From: Massalongia carnosa
Taxonomy: Eukaryota
DNA: 64,000 bases
Assembly (NCBI GenBank): GCA_965645245.1
Contig: OZ287068.1
Location: forward strand, 3,100,001 to 3,164,000
Reading direction: 5' to 3'
The position numbers and the translations under genes were made by a program. A model generated the notes under the pieces. The model had not been told where the DNA came from and searched no databases. It was given only the letters and a program-made list of their open reading frames with translations. Shown piece by piece: positions 61,683 through 64,000 of this stretch. The number at the start of each line of letters is the position of its first letter. Position 1 is the first letter of the stretch.

Positions 61683-64000
61683 ATGCTGCGGACATATATT
61701 GCCCGGTCTGCAGCTCGCTTGGGACGGCAGAAATGTTTTAATGCTTTGAGGGCATTCAGCGTAACTTCTTCAAGGTCGGCCGAAGTGGAGCTTACGATTG
61801 GTAGGTTACTGTGCAATCTGGTCTTTGACTATTCTGACACTTCTCTTAGATGGTAAGAAGGTGTCAATAGAAGGTATATTCGGCAAGACGAGTGAAGAAA
61901 GTGGCCCCGGCTGAAGGTTGCTGTAGCTGGTTCGGCTTTGATACAAGCATGCGAGAAGGCGGGGGTCACAATACCTAGGTAAAGCTTCTTACGACAAGCT
62001 TGGAAACAAACAGCTTGCTAACAAAGGTTCAGATATTGCTATCATGAGTGAGTGATCATAACAATACATAACGGACAATGACCGCTAAAGGATTCTATAT
62101 AGAAAGCTCATGATAGCTGGAAACTGTATGGCAAGCAACTATACGTGCAGAGGAAGCACATGTGCTGATTGAGTAACACCAGGCCGAATGTGTTTAGTCG
62201 AAGTTGAGAGATCACCCAAACCAGTAGCGTCATGCGCTTGGCCTGTGCAACCAGGAATGGTTGTCAAAACAGATTCGCCACTTGCTCACAAAGCTCGAGA
62301 AGGAGTTATGGAGTTCTTACTGGCAAATCACCCACTAGATTGCCCAATATGTGATCAAGGAGGGGAATGCGATTTACAGGATCAGTCAATGCGATATGGC
62401 GCAGATCGAGGTCGATTTCATGAACTAAGCGGCAAGCGGGCAGTAGAAGATAAGAATATGGGCCCTTTAATCAAAACTTCCATGAACAGGTGTATACATT
62501 GTACAAGATGTATACGGTTCGCAAATGATGTGGCTGGCGCACCGGAACTTGGATCAACGGGACGAGGCAATGATATGCAAATTGGAACGTATCTAGAAAA
62601 GAGTTTAGACTCGGAGATGTCAGGGAATGTGATTGATCTTTGCCCTGTCGGAGCTCTTACATCAAAACCATACGCATTTCGAGCTCGGCCATGGGAACTT
62701 ACCCATTATGAATCCGTGGATGTACTGGATGGCTTAGGCTCGAACATCAGGATCGACGCAAGAGGTCTAGAAGTCATGAGGATTTTACCCAGACTAAATG
62801 ATGACGTTAACGAAGAATGGATTAACGATAAAACTAGATTCGCTTGCGATGGGCTCAAAACTCAAAGACTGACAACACCTCTTATCCGACGCGACGAGAA
62901 ATTTCTTCCAGCAACCTGGGAACAAGCGCTGACGGAAATTGGGAATGCATTTCAAAGGATTGCACCGAAAGAAAACGAATTCAAAGCAGTTGCGGGCCAT
63001 ATGGTTGAGACTGAATCGTTGGTTGCTATGAAAGATCTAGCCAATAAATTAGGATCCGACAACCTTGCTTTAGATCAGCCACAGGGTAGTCAGCCAGTTG
63101 CGCACGGTATTGACATCCGCTCAAACTATCTCTTTAACTCCAAGATCTATGGTGTTGAGGAGGCGGATGTCATACTCCTTGTATGCACAAATCCTCGACA
63201 CGAAGCGGCCGGCCTTAACGCAAGAATCCGAAAGCAATGGATTCGCTCGGATCTCGAAGTTGGCCTGATCGGCGAACCCTTCGAAAGCACTTTCGAATTT
63301 GAACATCTTGGTGATGACGTAGCTGCGCTGAAGAAACTCCTTACCGGTCCTTGGGGCAAAAAACTCCAGTCCGCTAAGCGCCCGATAATCATTGTAGGTA
63401 GCGCCGCTGTCGAGCACCCTGACGCTAAAGCCATCTTCGAAAGCGTTGGCTCCTTTGTCGACAAGAATGCCGCCAACTTTATCACTCCTACGTGGCAAGG
63501 CTACAATGTTCTTCAACGAGCCGCCTCTCGGGCCGGCGCCTACGAAGTCGGCTTCATCACCCCATCCCCGGCTGTCGCCCGGACCGTCCCCAAAATCATC
63601 TGGCTTCTCGGGGCCGATGAAATCTCGGCCACCGACATCCCCCAAGGCGCGTACGTCATCTATCAAGGCCACCATGGCGACCGCGGTGCACAGATTGCAG
63701 ACGTCATCCTCCCAGGAGCCGCGTACACGGAAAAACATGGCACCTACGTCAACACCGAGGGTCGTGTGCAACTGACACGCGCCGCGACATCCCTTGTTGG
63801 TGCCGCGCGCGACGACTGGAAGATTCTGCGTGCCGTCAGCGAGTACGTTGGCGCCCCCTTGCCGTATGACGATATTGAATCGCTGCGCGATCGCATGGAG
63901 GAGATCAGCCCTGCGCTGAGGCGGTATGATATCGTAGAGGGAACATCGTTGGCCGCCCTTGGGAAGGTGCAACTGGTGGATCAGAATCGGGGTAGCAAGA
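61683..64000 (+). CDS. NDUFS1: NADH:ubiquinone oxidoreductase 75/78 kDa subunit, 3'-partial
   Basis: Mitochondrial presequence MLRTYIARSAARL. Fe-S motifs IPRYCYHE, GNCRMCLVE, NHPLDCPICDQGGECDLQD, RCIHCTRCIRF, DLCPVGALTSK, PRLNDDVNEEWINDKTRF. Runs off the window end. Confidence 0.98.

Noticed and set aside
63121..63972. 283-aa antisense ORF
   Set aside because: Shadow of the GC-rich NDUFS1 exon, which the ORF track missed on the plus strand because it runs off the window.

Overview
Intron-rich fungal (Pezizomycotina-type ascomycete) genomic DNA. Conserved housekeeping genes lie at both ends: a PIN4/Cip2-like RRM-R3H protein, H2A.Z and the GGC1 carrier on the left; ADE13, an Ebp1-like protein, ERD2, XRCC4, byr4 and complex I NDUFS1 on the right. 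They flank an accessory interval (~8.6-45 kb). That interval holds a complete but inactivated Tc1/mariner-type DDE transposon with an atypical 5-bp CCATG flanking duplication, a decayed alpha-1,3-glucan synthase apparently lacking its GH13 domain, and a kinase pseudogene head-to-head with a NACHT-ankyrin NLR carrying 40 near-identical, shuffled 99-bp repeats. It also holds an apparently intact three-gene module: an HSPA12-like Hsp70, an AIG1/GIMAP-like tail-anchored GTPase, and a coiled-coil protein with a GrpE/MIEAP-like C-terminus. A FAD-oxidoreductase pseudogene and a CFEM-like GPI protein complete the interval. The Hsp70-GTPase-GrpE-like triad next to the NLR is the best candidate for an undescribed immunity/conflict system. 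All calls come from manual reading and motif recognition; no database search was run, and exon boundaries are hand-derived.
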